64,000 nucleotides of DNA from Antedon mediterranea. Its lineage: Eukaryota; Animalia; Echinodermata. Positions 1 to 13,628 of the stretch are shown piece by piece (the stretch's first letter is position 1; each line of letters begins with the position of its first letter). The notes under the pieces were generated by a model that searched no databases, was not told where the DNA came from, and worked only from the letters and a program-made list of their open reading frames with translations. A program made the position numbers and the translations under genes. The DNA is taken from positions 2,609,788-2,673,787 of the forward strand of contig NC_092676.1 in assembly GCF_964355755.1 (NCBI RefSeq), in the 5' to 3' direction.

Positions 1-1425
1 TACCTGATTGATTCCCCCATAAATCTAACAACATTTGCTTTGATCCATTTAACCCCAATAACAATGACACTAAATGTAACATTAGGTCATATCCACACGT
101 GAACATTATTAACACAACTTGCAATCTGTTCTCATCACAGTATAATTACTATTGATATTTCACTGGGGGATTTTAAACATAAAATGAACAAAATACTCCA
201 GAGGTGAAGAGAGAGAAAAAGATAGAACTGAACTACAATTAGTAGTACATCCATGTTTATATAATTTACCATATTACATTATAATGTTATTTATAAATAC
301 TGTATTAACATTGTATTTTATATTGTAATGACGTAGATAGAACAACTGGAGCATAACACTCCTATGGGAAATGAAATAGGGAATAAATTGGACACATAAT
401 CACCCAAGGTTGTACAGTAATAGTGCTGGGTGGAGATGGGAAAAGACACCCATGTTTTCCACCCAGCCTAAACCTTATTTTACACCTTCCACTCAGCCCA
501 TTGTCACCATAGCACTCATCCAAGAAACCTGGGTGACAAAGTTTTTATAAGGGTTTTAATTGATGACAATGACCCTGTATGGCACTCTAGCAAACACTTC
601 TCATTCTGCCTCTTTGACATCGTAATAATTTTAGTATAGTTAAGTGAAGATATTTAGTAGATCTGGAAGACTTGTGTGTATAAACCTCAAATAAACAAAC
701 AGTGTATAAACACTTTATTCCTTAGGAAGACCATCATCTTTTCTTTAAATGTTTTCACAGTAAGTAAAAAGGAAAATCCAGACCTGAGTTCAATCCAACC
801 GGCACTGAGATATTGAGATTGTCTCATCCAGTAGCGAGTTCCATTTATCCACAACACAACTATTTTCCAACATCTGGTCAGGTCTTTATCCTGTTATAAT
901 ATTAAATGTTATTTTTGTTTCCATAAATTGTAAATTTGAGATGTAATGAATGTTCATAATAATGTTTATTCAGCATCTTGATTGTTTGTAAAATTATTTC
1001 TGGCATTATGTTTGCCATGAAAACAATCTAGATGCCAAGGTCACATTATGGCAAGACACAAATGTAAAGGAAATATTATCTCTTATCATCTAAATTGTGA
1101 ATAATACAATAATGGAGAAAATTATCATTATTATTAAGTTGGTAATTTGTTCATTGACATTATAGGTAATTACACTATATACTAGAACCCATCTATATAT
1201 AAAATATGGTTAATTCTGTAAAAGGCGAGCACAATGAAAAAAACTTGTGGACAAATCTCTGCCTTGGATACCTACCTGATCTATCTCAGATGTACCGCGA
1301 AATGTAAATTGATAACATACCCTCCAGTATTAATAAGGGGAAACGTTTAGGAAACCAACACAATGTTGTTCTGTACTAGTGTTTAAAACATATATTTTCC
1401 GCTTGTTCAATTTGAGGAGAAAGTG

Positions 1426-1546
1426 TACACTAGAATCTCTATAAGGGACAGGGAATGAATAACACATATTTGCCGCTTGTTTTGGAGAAAATGCCCATTT
1501 GATAGAGTGTATCCTCTAAGGGATATCCACAAAAGGATGTTCTACT
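1426..1546. mobile_element. Degenerate copy of a Tc1/mariner-like MITE family (family C)
   Basis: Left end TACACTAGAATCTCTATAAGGGACA and right end GGATGTTCTACT resemble the family C ends (TA-CAGTAGAACC...) and its internal CTATT(C/A)AGGGGACAC motifs. Superfamily is inferred from TA-CAG-like ends. Confidence 0.4.
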
Positions 1547-2383
1547 CTTGTTTTAAAACAATAAATATTTCTTCCAAAAACGCTGCTCAACTTTTGGACC
1601 CAACAGTTTCATTTATTGTTCTTTTTTAATCAAATGATGCCTTTTTTAAATTTATATTTTCCAGTATTTAATAATTTAAAAAATAATGATTTGTTATCAA
1701 TTATTTTAGTTTAAGAATCAGTAGTACCGTAAACATTATGTATTTATAGTATGAAATGAACAAGTGCTAACAATCCTACCCCGAGTGTAACCTGAATAGG
1801 AGTGTCCACAAACAAATGTTTTACTCTCATTGTTTAAGTACAATTTAAAATTATATATTAAATACCACAACTTGAAAAATAATAAAAGTATATTAAACAA
1901 TTTTATTTTGAATTGAATTTTACAGTAAGATATTCCTTTGGTGCAAGTAAATTGGTATGATAGATTAATAATCAAATATTGGATACAGTAGGAAGTTATT
2001 CTATATTAATTAATCTTTGTATTAATTAATTATTTACCACATAATAATGAAATGTCTTTGAGACTTATCTATTTGAGTCTCCACACTCCATAAAACAATT
2101 TGTTAAATCATATCTGTATGCTAATTTTAAGTGTTTTGTTATTTAATGTAAAACAATGAATGAATGAACGAATCACTAGATATTATCTGTAATTAAGCTT
2201 CCCATCAAAGCATCGTTAGATTCTAAAAACCAATATGGAATATTTAAAGAAGATGACCATCAAGTTCAAAGTTCAAAGAGGTCCATTTCTCTTCAATCAG
2301 CTACCAATAAAAGTGTACATTAAGGTGTACAGTACACACAATAAAAATACCTCTTCATCTCACAAAGTTAAAGAATAAAGTAA

Positions 2384-2452
2384 AGCTCTGTTCACACTAT
2401 CAAACTACTGTAAGTCATATACTAAGTCTAGGTTGATAGTGTAGACAGAGCA
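2384..2452. mobile_element. Minimal PIF/Harbinger-type MITE (family A), TIRs plus short core
   Basis: AGCTCTGTTCACACTATCAAAC ... GTTGATAGTGTAGACAGAGCA flanked by TAA (2381-2383) and TAA (2453-2455). A 3-bp TWA TSD is characteristic of PIF/Harbinger. Confidence 0.75.
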
Positions 2453-3136
2453 TAAGGCTTTGAGATAGAGAAATATTATAGGCATGTAAACCCAGAAATG
2501 CTTGATCACTTTGAGCATTGATTGTATTAAAATTCAATGTGCTGTGCAAATTGTAGCATGTGGCTCGCCCAAAATACCCCACCAATAACATGTGTGTGAC
2601 ATGTTTACAACATTTCTTATTTTGTTATTACTACAATACTACCATATGTGTACAACCTATCGCTTAAAACATCAACAATCATTATATCTGTGTTATGTAC
2701 ATAAAACAGTTGTCTCATTTCTCTGATACCTTATCTGAGAGCTAAATCACATGGCGAAAAGAACAATGACGGTTGAAATGTTAAGTACTTGCTAATTATA
2801 GGCAATGGCCAAGGGATATCGTAGCAGATCAATGCATTTACCTTTTATCAACAAAGGGTTTTGATTGTTCGGAAGTTTCAAACTTCAACAAATGATAGCT
2901 GCTTTGTTTACTCATCACTGTCTATAGTATCGTAAGTACTGGCACAGATCCGGGGTTGTGGTGAAAGTGCGAGGTGTGTTCATGATATCATCCCCATATA
3001 TATTTCTTTTTAGGGGAGGATGATTCTTCTTCACTTTTTGATGCCAAACTTGATAAAAGTTGACAATGGCAGCAGAAACAGAAACTTTGTATTCTCATTA
3101 ACCCTGTTTTGTAGTCTTTTGTTTGTTTGGTTTTTT

Positions 3137-3246
3137 GGGGGTGGGGGATGGGGGATTGGGGATGGGGGATGGGGTGATGGGGGATGGGGGATGGGGGATG
3201 GGGGATGGGGATGGGGGATGGGGGATGGGGGTGGGGTTGATGGGGT
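3137..3246 (+). repeat. G-rich microsatellite, approximately (GGGGGAT)n
   Basis: About 15 runs of 3-5 G separated by AT/T. Explains the Gly/Trp/Asp and Pro/His/Ser ORFs at 3020-3573. Confidence 0.92.
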
Positions 3247-3459
3247 GAGAATGTTGGTGTGTGGATTTAATGTACAGTACCCCCAATTTCCAATAAAACC
3301 AAATCGTAATAATATTATTTTACAAATTATGTTTTTTGATGACGTAGTTTGTGAAGATAAAACTTGAACCGAGCACTTAAGGCTTAAGCCCTGTCTCATG
3401 TGATGTGCCCAAGTTACCACTACATACATCAATTGATAGCCAATTAATAAAACATCTAA

Positions 3460-3614
3460 AGCTCTGTTTACACTATCAAACTTTATGTGACAACAATGTG
3501 ATGGGCCTATATATGAACATGATGATGTCATATCACTACTATATTTGAGCATATCACTACCATATTTGGGCATATCACACTTTTTTTTGTCGAACTAGCT
3601 GTGTAGACAGAGCT
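3460..3614. mobile_element. PIF/Harbinger-type MITE (family A)
   Basis: TIR AGCTCTGTTTACACTATCAAAC / GTGTAGACAGAGCT, TAA TSD on both sides (3457-3459, 3615-3617), two internal 21-bp units CATATCACTACCATATTTGGG. Confidence 0.88.
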
Positions 3615-4040
3615 TAAAATGAGGTTAAACCTGTACCACATTCAAACAGTTCACCTCCTGCAAACTACCATGGTATTTACTTACAAAGCTCAAATGAAAA
3701 TGTACAATTTTTAGAAAATAACGATTATTAGTTGTAGAGTATTAGTAGAGTACTTATGAAATATGTGTTAAGAATGTCGGCCGTGATAAATCACAATTAA
3801 TTTATATCATAACTAATGATTATTGACGGAAACCAAAATCAGTGAACAATTTTATTGAAAATAGTTCTCAGTTTGTTCTTGTCAAAACGGAAATATTCAA
3901 TAGTATATATTCATTCTGACCTAAATTTTTAGTAGAGAATTACATTTTCTTTCTTTTTTTACCCTACAGTAGCTATCCCGCCTTTTTTTATGTGCATTTG
4001 TGATTTATTTAGAGTTTTTAGTATATCATATCCTTTCAAT

Positions 4041-4235
4041 AGGTTACCCCTATTTAGGGGACATTTCTATTAAGAAAAACAACTAATAAGTGACAATGTT
4101 TTAACTCTAATGGTAACCATATTCAGGGAACACCCTTATTCTGTCTCTATAAAGGAGACAACCTTATTCTGCCTTTATAAATAGTACACTGTTGAGTTTC
4201 GAAGGTGTCCCATTTAATAGTAGAGTTAAACTGTA
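4041..4235. mobile_element. Degenerate family C MITE
   Basis: CCCTATTTAGGGGACA and ATTCAGGGAACACCC motifs; right end GGTGTCCCATTTAATAG...GTTAAACTG-TA. Confidence 0.4.
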
Positions 4236-4814
4236 TGTTGTTACTTTCATAGAAAACCATTTTATACATTTTTACTGTCAAATAGGAATTTTCTTCATAA
4301 ATAGAAACTTTGTTGATTAATGAAAAGTAGTCATAAAACTGATGTGTTTTGTACAATAGTGCCTGTCAAATTGTAAACATATATCTTATTTCCAACTCTA
4401 TAAATTGTTATTCCATAAATTTTCCAACTCTTTCCAATTTGAACAAAAAACACTAAATATTTAGAAAACGTTGATTTAAAAAAAACTAAACATTGCTTTG
4501 ATAAATTTGTTCAATGTCCAGTGGATCCAAATGGACAACCTGTACTCTAATCTGAAAGCCATTGAATGATCAATCATTTATGGATGTTTACGTTCAACAA
4601 ATGTATTTTATTGTAAGAAGTTTATTTTTAGCCATGACATCATACCTTTTAGTTTTTTTTGTTTGATTAATGTGCTATTATTGATGATTTTATTACCAAG
4701 CATACCCACGCCTACAGTACCGTAGGAGCCTTAATTTTGGGGCACCATCAAGGAAAACTTTTACATGAAATGAATGGTGGAAGGGGGATGGGGTCAATAT
4801 GTCATAACACTTCA

Positions 4815-4938
4815 CGGACCCTTATTCAGCGGACACCTCTATTAAGGGGCACTTTTACGTGGAACGAATGGAAGTCAATATATGTTTTAACACTACAAAC
4901 AATCTACCCTTATTGAGAGAACACATCCATTAAAGGCC
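4815..4938. mobile_element. Fragment of family C MITE
   Basis: CCTTATTCAGCGGACACCTCTATTAAGGGGCAC matches the 17-bp internal repeat of the family. Confidence 0.4.
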
Positions 4939-6483
4939 AGGTGCGGACAAAAAATTTCTATTGAGCATACATTCCAATAATTATTGCTATAGTTTCCCCT
5001 ATGTTTCATAATTTTGGAGATTTTATTTGTGTTACACGAGCTTGTTGAAAATAAGCACTTTCTTAACAGTGGGGGGATAGTTCAAATTACACAGTAAAAT
5101 CTCTATTCTTTTGTACACACATTTTGTAAATAGAGAGGCATTTTAAAATCTTATGAATAATAAACGGTGTGGTAAAAAATGTTATCAGATGAATAAATAT
5201 AGGTAATATAACTTGAATTTTACATTTCTGGTATTTTTATTCAACTTCAAATTTTTATTTTCATGCTATAGCAAAAATTGTCCACCGTATATCAACCATC
5301 TTTTTTCACTTGCTAGGGAGTCACCAGACATGTTATTACATTAGGTTAACAACCTAACTACTGAAAAAAAGTCTTCCTGGTTTTTATGGAAGAATTTTGC
5401 CAAATTTTGTTTTTGACCATATTAAGGGAAATTCATGCTTTTTCGTCTTAATTTCTGTTACAAATATTTGATTTATGTACAATTAACCAAATATTATATT
5501 TAAAATTCATGCCTGTACCTGAGCTTTAAGGGGAAACTTTGTTGGGTTTGAAAGATGTTCCCTAATATGGCTTCTACTGTAATTATAACTTGAAGGAACT
5601 CTGATTTAATTTGTTCAAATGTGATAATTTGTACCAAATCCCAGGAGATAACTTGCAATAAATATTGTTCTTTGGTGAGATTCAAACCCACACTCCAGAT
5701 ACTAGCCTAAAGTTCATATTTCTGTTTCAAACCATGCTAAGATTTGAGCCCAAATTTAACATCCTGGTCCTAAAAATGGTTGTTATTTAGAGGGAGACTA
5801 GAAGTAAATCATCATCATAATATAAGTTTCTGTTGTAGCATATTTAGTCATTTAGTAATCGATCTAAAGAGTTGAATAATGAGCTGTAACCTACATGACA
5901 TGGTTGTTAATCCATTACAACCAGAAACACTCCATATTTGGCTCACTTTGACATTTTCTAGCTATATGTATATATATATATATATGAGCAAGAAAAGTAT
6001 TCCTTAAATATTATAGTACCTTGATTTATCTGCATTGTGTAAAACTTAAAAACAAGTAGTGTTGCAAAAGCTAAAAACCAGGTTGGTCCATCAATAATTC
6101 ACAATTGACAGTGTGCGGCCGACTCCTCATTTTGATAAATATGTAATTATTTATCGATGATTTAATAGGTAAATGTGTTAACAAAATGTTGGAGATTCCT
6201 AATGAGAAATTTAGAAAAATAAGTTCAAAATTTATGATTTGTTGTAGAAATAAAAAATTTAAGATAAATGTGATTGCTAAGGATGCAATAACATAAATCT
6301 GACTTATAGTTTAAGTATTAAAAGATTTTGTATGAAATGGAATCGTTTTTCACAAACTATTTGAATTTGGACTATTTTAAATTACAAAACTGAAATAATC
6401 TGTTCATATTGTTAATGGTATTTTAACCCGGTTGATTTGCTCGGTCATTTTGACCACAAAGAGTCCATTGCATTCCTTTTTAA

Positions 6484-6638
6484 CTACACTTTCAAACTAG
6501 TTTGACAAAAAAGTGTGATGTACCCAAATATGATAGTGATATGCCCAAATATGGTAGTGATATGCCCAAATATGGTAGTGATATGCCCAAATATGGTAGT
6601 GATATGACATGTCCATATATGGTTTGATAGTGTAGACA
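6484..6638. mobile_element. PIF/Harbinger-type MITE (family A), ends eroded, expanded internal minisatellite
   Basis: CTACACTTTCAAACTAGTTTGACAAAA ... GTTTGATAGTGTAGACA with four units of TATGCCCAAATATGGTAGTGA. Confidence 0.85.
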
Positions 6639-7164
6639 AATAACATAGCAGTGATATGTATCGATTCAATGTGATAAGCTTGCATGAAAATTTGTTATAT
6701 ATTACAAGACTTTTTGCAGACAATACTGTAGGTGGAAGTAATTTCCTCAATTAATAATTAATCTATTCTTTTGTTTGTCATTACAATACCAAGTTCCATT
6801 AACAAGCACACAAAAATGCTTTTATAAACTTACCAGTTAAATTATAGCCGTTTATAGGAATCTGTCAACAGGTCTCAAATTGCAAAGTACTTAAAATTAA
6901 ACTATTCCATAAGAATGGTTATTACACGCCAGTTTGGTATTCTTTGTTTACCTCCTTTCTATCCACTTACTTATAAACTATAGTTTCACTTTCAACTCAT
7001 ATATTAACATGTCTTTTTAACAAAGATCTGTTGTTTTTAAATTTATATAGACTTTTTATTCCTGACAGGTATATTTATGTTACTGGTTGCTGTTTAGTTC
7101 CTGTAATAATAGAACTGTATTCATAAAGTTCATGAATTTTTAATTCTCCAAGTATTTGCTACTC

Positions 7165-7495
7165 TAGCACCACAGTGCTACTACTGTGCCAGCAATGCTA
7201 CTATAGTGCTATTACTAGTAGTGGTTTCATTGCTACTTCTTCTACTAACAGTAGTGCTACTACCTATAGTGCTACTACCACCAGTGCTACTCCAGTTCTA
7301 TTACCGGCAATGCTACTATAGTGCTATTACTAGCAGTGGTTTAAGTGCTACTTCTTCTACTACCAGCAGTGCTACTACCTACAGTGCTATTTCCAGCAGT
7401 GCTATTGCCAGCATAGGAGGTAATACCAACCAATGCTACTACCAGAAGTGCTATTGGGCTCTACCACTACCAGAAGCGCTATAGGTACTACCAAC
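7165..7495 (+). repeat. Degenerate CTA-rich minisatellite (AGTGCTACTACCAGC-like) with a 115-bp internal duplication
   Basis: GCAATGCTACTATAGTGCTATTACTAG...GGTTT...TGCTACTTCTTCTACTA occurs at 7192 and 7307. Confidence 0.8.
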
Positions 7496-8146
7496 AAGGC
7501 CGAGCTCATGAGTTTCCACTTTTAATTCCAGAATCATTTCAGCATTTTTTTCCTCTGTTTTGCATATTTGGTACACTATTATTTTGCTGACCAAGTGTAA
7601 TAGCAACTCAATGTACATAGACAAGGGTCTGGTAATTCAGAAAAGGAGCTCAAATATAATATGGTCTCTCATTCCATAAACATTTTGCATGTTTTGTTTC
7701 TAATATCAAAAGAAAAAATAAAGTCCAGACTTTTTATGCTACTGAGAAATTCTAAAAATAAAATTGTAATCCTCTGATAATGATCAGCTTAGTAAAACAT
7801 AAAATCTTTATTTCTTAAAACATCAGTTTCCTTTCCCAAGATGCATTTAAAGTTTATTAAGAATTATCAATAATAAAAATAATAAAAAGTTTATAAAATC
7901 ATATAGTAATAAAACGACTTAAAAATAAAACCTTTCTTCTTTCAGCAAGATTTTAATTTCAAAAACATGTGTTGGGAAAAAAAAAGTTTTATTTGTTATC
8001 ATTTTATATCTACAAAGAAACCGAGTTACAAATGTCATACGTGACATAATAAACACATTGAATTTAACGTGACAGTGATTTTTTACCATTGATATATTTT
8101 TATTCTTTTAGTACTTTCACAACTGTTAATTCAAATCTTGTTATAA

Positions 8147-8215
8147 AGTCTATTACGTGACTAGCTTACCTGGATAAACCGACATAGGCCTTTTCCCTTT
8201 TGAGGGGAGAACAGT
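8147..8215 (+). repeat. Dispersed repeat family D (core CTTACCTGGATAAACC)
   Basis: AGTCTATT...CTTACCTGGATAAACCGACATAGGCCTTTTCCCTTTTGAGGGGAGAACA is homologous to 10401-10474(-), 24811(+), 31284-31361(-) and 55575(+). Confidence 0.7.
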
Positions 8216-8408
8216 AAAAATAATCTTAGTATTCCCCTCCATGTCAGTGGTATTGTCCGTGATCGTATCCTTACAAGTTGTATGATGTAAGCATATTTTC
8301 TAGGTCTGTTCTTCTGATACCATGGCATTCATCAACATTTATTAAATTCAAGGTACAAGTGTAGCGACATGCACTACAACCATAAAGCAGTACAGACACA
8401 CTAATGTA

Positions 8409-8530
8409 CAGTAAACCCTTTCCTCTGGGACCCTCCTATTCATGAGACACCCTAATAAGGTGCACCTGTGAAACAATGAGAGGAAACTACTGATCCTATT
8501 CAGAAGAGACCTCTATTAAGGAGACACTTC
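8409..8530. mobile_element. Left part of family C MITE
   Basis: TA-CAGTAAACCC start followed by CCTATTCATGAGACACCC and GACCTCTATTAAGGAGACAC motifs. Confidence 0.45.
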
Positions 8531-9120
8531 GTTGACTACTGAATGTGTAATGACTTTTGTATTAAAATAGAAATCTCTTTATTGGTATAAAAATCTTTTT
8601 TTCAATCCAACAAAAAAAACTATACATTATAAAACCAAATTCCTATAACATTTCTGAAAAAAAGTTAGAAAAAGAAGTAAAAATTATTAAGTTTTCCTCC
8701 AAATTCTTTCTTTTTCTCATCCTTTATTTAATAAAATAATTCATACTCATTTATAATTTTACTAAAATTATTGTTGAAAATGATTTAAATATTTTCTTAA
8801 ACCTCTGAAGTGCTTGTATTTCACATTTATTGATAATTATTCTAATAGATTTGTCTTGGAGGTAATTTAATTTAAATTTTAATAACTTTACATTTATTGT
8901 TTGACTGTTTTTATTGATGTGATTAAAGTATTTAAATTAAAGATTCTGAAACCTTTTACTACGCATAAACCTGCTTATCATTGTCAAGGCCGTTGAAATT
9001 TTATTTTATGCAAATAACTATGAATAAAAATAATATAAATCAATTGATATTATAAATGGTTAATTTATCATGTAAAGAGAGTGTAATTTTAGACTATGGT
9101 TTTATTTTATGTGTTAGGTT

Positions 9121-9498
9121 AATATAATTTTTATTCAGGTTCACACAAACTTATGTCCAGTTAAATATGAATTGACAATGAAACAACAAAATTAATGTTA
9201 TTTTTATTCAGTTTCACACAAACGTATGTCCAGTTGAATATGAATTTACAATGAAATAACAAAATTAATGTAATTTTTATTCAGGTTCACACAAACTTAT
9301 GTCCAGTTGAATATGAATCTACAGTGAAACAACAAAATTAATGTAATTTTTATTCAGGTTCACACAAACTTATGTCCAGTTGAATATGAATCTACAGTGA
9401 AACAACAAAATTAATGTAATTTTTATTCAGGTTCACACAAACTTGTGTCCATTTGAATATGAATCGACATTAAAAAAACAAAATTAATATAATTTTTA
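9121..9498 (+). repeat. 73-bp tandem repeat, about 5.2 copies
   Basis: Unit AATGTAATTTTTATTCAGGTTCACACAAACTTATGTCCAGTTGAATATGAATCTACAGTGAAACAACAAAATT starts at 9121, 9194, 9267, 9340, 9413 and 9486. Confidence 0.95.
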
Positions 9499-10400
9499 AA
9501 TCTATGCCCAGTGAAATTCGTAATCTAAATTTGTCTATTTATTAAGTAAAAGTAAACCACATTTAGAAGTATTTTTTATTAAAATAACAGATTTTATTTT
9601 CATTAAACTTTTAAAAGATTGTGTTTTCTTTTGTTCTTTCTTTGTTTCCTTATAAAGAAAGTGCTAAATCGTTTTATTAAAAGAACATATTTTAGTTTCA
9701 TTATTTTATAAGAATGTTTTGTCTTTTTCAAACTTATTCATTAGTAATTAGTAGCGATTACATATGTTGCAACAAGATGCAATGTAATATCTTGTCCTCA
9801 GAGAAGAAGCAAAAGTGAGAATGAGATAATGTTACCAATGTATGTGAGGCACCAGAGCATTCTGACAAACACCTGTTTTACAGCTTTTCTTCATCTCTAA
9901 AGCATTCTTCTATTTTAACACGGATTCCTTAACTTTTTTCCGATCTTAATGGATGACAAATGTATGGCTATTTTGATAATTGTTGTAATGGGAAAACTAA
10001 CAATAGTTACAGGCACGGAGTTTTGTTGAATAGATCATTTGTTTGGACTTTTCCGTTGGGATCCGATTTGAGAGACGTTTGGAAAATTAAGCAAGTGCTT
10101 TTGTAATCTTATAGTTCCAAGTTCATGTTTTAAAAATGTCTCGTAATTTCTGATTTTTTATACAATTTTATAATATACTGGTACCAAAAGAAACAAGACT
10201 TAAACACGTATAGTACTTGTGAACAAGTTTAAGTCTGGTACCAAGGGAAAACAATTTGTTTTAATACCCAACACAATTTTATTAAAAATATTATGGAAAA
10301 AACGTTTGGACGTCTCAAAAAGAAATGCAGATGTATGCATGGGTAAAGGTCTACCCCTTGAATTTTTTGTAGGGGTATTCAAAGATTTACATACTACTGT

Positions 10401-10474
10401 ACATGTTCTCCCTCGGAAGGGAAAAAGCATGTTGGTTTATCCAGGTAAGCAGCACTCATAGACTACTAACACCA
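10401..10474 (-). repeat. Dispersed repeat family D
   Basis: Reverse complement reads ...GTAGTCTATGAGTGCTGCTTACCTGGATAAACCAACATGCTTTTTCCCTTCCGAGGGAGAACA. Confidence 0.7.
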
Positions 10475-11729
10475 GTACTGGTGAACAGGTTCAAGTCTGT
10501 TTTACACTAAATTCACTCAATCCTGAGAGATGTATTTTTAAAATTATGATAGAAATTTAAATTGAGGAAAATCCAGAAATCTAGTAAATCCAGTACGTGC
10601 AATTAAAAAATATAATTTTATATAAGTAAATATTTAAATGTTTAAATTAAAGTCTGAAATAATAATAATGAATCAACCAAATTTCATTTCTACCTCTTTG
10701 TTAAAATGACAATAAATAATATATTGTATCGCAAATAAATAGTATACAATTAAAATTAAATTCTGTATATGTACTGTATTGAAGTACAATACTCTACATA
10801 TGCATAAATAATGTAGAAATTAATTTGTGTTTATTTGTTTAATTATTGGAATTTCTTAATCTTTGAATGGTAAGCATTTAGAATGCTATAATATTGTTCT
10901 TCAATTAACATAAAAAATCAATAGTGTAATTATTAATACTAATCCAGAGATTATGTTGTTCATTGCATTAATAAACATTTGTAGAAACCAGTTGTTATTT
11001 CACATGGTTCTTACTGACTAGTTTTCATCTAAGACTGTTTGAAATCAAATTTTATCTAATTAAGCAGAAAGAACTCAGTGGTGATAATCTTGATTGAGAA
11101 GAAGCAATTGTGAAGATATTAGAAAAAAAACACAAGCGTGTCGAGAGAATGCGACCTTAGCGAAGAAAGATAGCCGTAATTAGCATTCTAATTTTTCAAT
11201 TGTTCTATTGAGGTAAAACACCTGGTGGAGATCAAACGCTGTTGCTACGGTTTTAATGCATCATTCAACATTCTTGTTGGGTTCAGATTGTTCTCCGCTA
11301 GATTAATTGTTGAAAAGTTATTGATTGCAAATGCTTTTCTTAATATTTTCTCAAATGAGAATAAATATTGAGATCGTTCTGTCTAGTTTGTGTAGACTTT
11401 ATATTTATGGAAATATGTCATGATCAATTTTTTCCGAGAGAGACAAAATTTATGTCAAACTGCGTGCGGAACAGTCAGCAAAAAATGAATGTGTAGTTTA
11501 TAAAGCTAGAGTGATAGAGCTAAGAGCTAACCTACTTTGACTTTAACAAATATTCCTTTTTAGTTAGTCACATTTTTTAGCTAGATACATTCTTCTATAG
11601 ATATTATTTGTAGGTTACCTGACATTTTTTTTAATAGTGAATACCCTTATGATTTTCTATATTTTTTTGTATAAAAGAAAAAAAAAATCTGAAAATTAAA
11701 AAATTGGGGACTAAAGTTTTAAACTCTAA

Positions 11730-11891
11730 AGCTTTGTCTACACTATCAAACTAGTTTAACAAAAAAAGTGTGATATGCCCAAATATGGTAGTGATATGCT
11801 TACACATGGTAGTGATATGACATCATCATGTCCATATATGGGCACATCACATTTTTTTGTCATATAAAGTGGTGATAGTATAGACAGAGCT
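11730..11891. mobile_element. PIF/Harbinger-type MITE (family A)
   Basis: AGCTTTGTCTACACTATCAAAC ... GATAGTATAGACAGAGCT with two internal 21-bp units. TSD not intact (TAA/TTC). Confidence 0.88.
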
Positions 11892-13558
11892 TTCAGTTTT
11901 GAATGACTCTTTACACACTTGTAGTTTCCGGAGAACCAGCATTCTTTTCCATTCGGTTTTGTAGTTATTTTCTGTCTCTGTTCTTAATTTCATTAGGAAT
12001 AATCGCCATAATTGTTCAGAAATAGAGTATGAAGATGCAATAGGGAATTTTCCAGACATGCATTCAAGGGAGAGATAGTCTATAGATGTGATACCTGCAT
12101 ATTGCTAGTTTAATAGTTGAAGACCAATTTAAGCTACTTACCAGTAACTAAAATGTAACTTATGTGCTGTACTTTCTTTTGCTGTTTCACACCTGAGTAG
12201 AGACATTAACATTATTCCTATATTGGATAGGATAGTACATTGAGTGTTATTTCTTTACCATTTAAGATATAATCATTATTAAATTAGGTATACAAACCTA
12301 TTGTACTTTTCATTGTGTGATAGCATGAACTTTAATTATAATTCTGTACATCTTAAAAGTGCACCAAGTTACCTTTGAGAACTTATTCAATATCTGTATA
12401 CGTCTTAGCTCGAAGTATCAGACATAGTTACATTAATTTAGTTCCGCACAATAAGCAGATATTGTCAAAGGAGTCGTCTCGCTATCTGTTGCAATATCTT
12501 GACCATTTACCGGACCCGAGGGAACGATTCGGCTGCGTTCCGCGGTTCAGTTAGTACTGCACCCATACAGTAATTTAGGTTATTGATATTTGTAATACTA
12601 CTTCAGTTTGCAATGTGATAATTTGTTTAAGATAACATTATTTTATAGATAACATACTGTTCTTTTAAAATTATAAAGTAGATAGGATGTGCTAAAGTTT
12701 ATGTTGATTTATGTGGCAAAGAAGTACATAGGGTCATCAACACAATACATTAAAAAAAAATTATATTATTTATTTTTAATTGTATATTTTTGTTTTACTC
12801 TATCCTTGTAATTTTAGTTTATTTTATTATTATGCTCAAATGTTTTAATAATTATTTAAAGTGTAATTTTAATTGTTTTATCTATTTATAGGTTTAATAC
12901 AAGATAATTGTTTTTGTTTTCTTTTTTAATATTTAGCTAAATTTTCCAGTAACCATGAAGTCAATTAGCCTTTATAAATTATATAAATGTAAAATGTAAA
13001 TTTGTTAATGTAGGCCATTAGTAACCTCTTATGTTATTTTATTGTGTTTTAAAAAGCCAAGGTAACAAGACAAAGTTTTTAATTCTTTTTTTGCAATAAT
13101 TTAATATTTTTCTAAATTTATTAACATACTTTGATAGATTTATTTCATAGTTCATATTATTACGTTTGTCTTTTTAACATTTATTCTTCACAACAATCCA
13201 AAGTCATATAGATAATTAGATAACTATTGTTGTTATTAGTGATTTGGGAATCAAATGTCAGGAGTAGACTAGAGGCTGATCACAAAGTCAATTGTAAGTA
13301 GTTACAGTACGAAGAGAAAGTACTCCACAAGGTGAATGCTCAACAACCACTGATATTCAGAATATATTTTAATATATTTATACATACTTGTTCTTGTGTT
13401 CGAATTTATATACAATTCTCATTTATGGAACCGATAAAAGTGTGATAATGATTAGGAGCATTGACAATGTAGTGCTGTAGTTTTTGTATTAAAATCACAG
13501 GGCATGATATTTTACATAAGTGCATGTACAGTTCAAATAGCTATACAGTTTAGGTCTC

Positions 13559-13628
13559 TGAGGTTATGTCACTTATGCCGTTTCATATCTGTTGAGGTTA
13601 TGTCACTTATGCCGTTTCATAACTGTTG
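13559..13628 (+). repeat. 34-bp tandem duplication
   Basis: TGAGGTTATGTCACTTATGCCGTTTCATA(T/A)CTGT occurs twice (13559, 13593). Confidence 0.9.

Noticed and set aside
3020-3573. Gly-rich and Pro-rich ORFs
   Set aside because: They are translations of the GGGGGAT microsatellite and a family A MITE.
7206-7484. ORF resembling a signal peptide plus Ser/Thr mucin-like tract
   Set aside because: It derives from a CTA-rich minisatellite, and the internal duplication period of 115 bp does not preserve frame.
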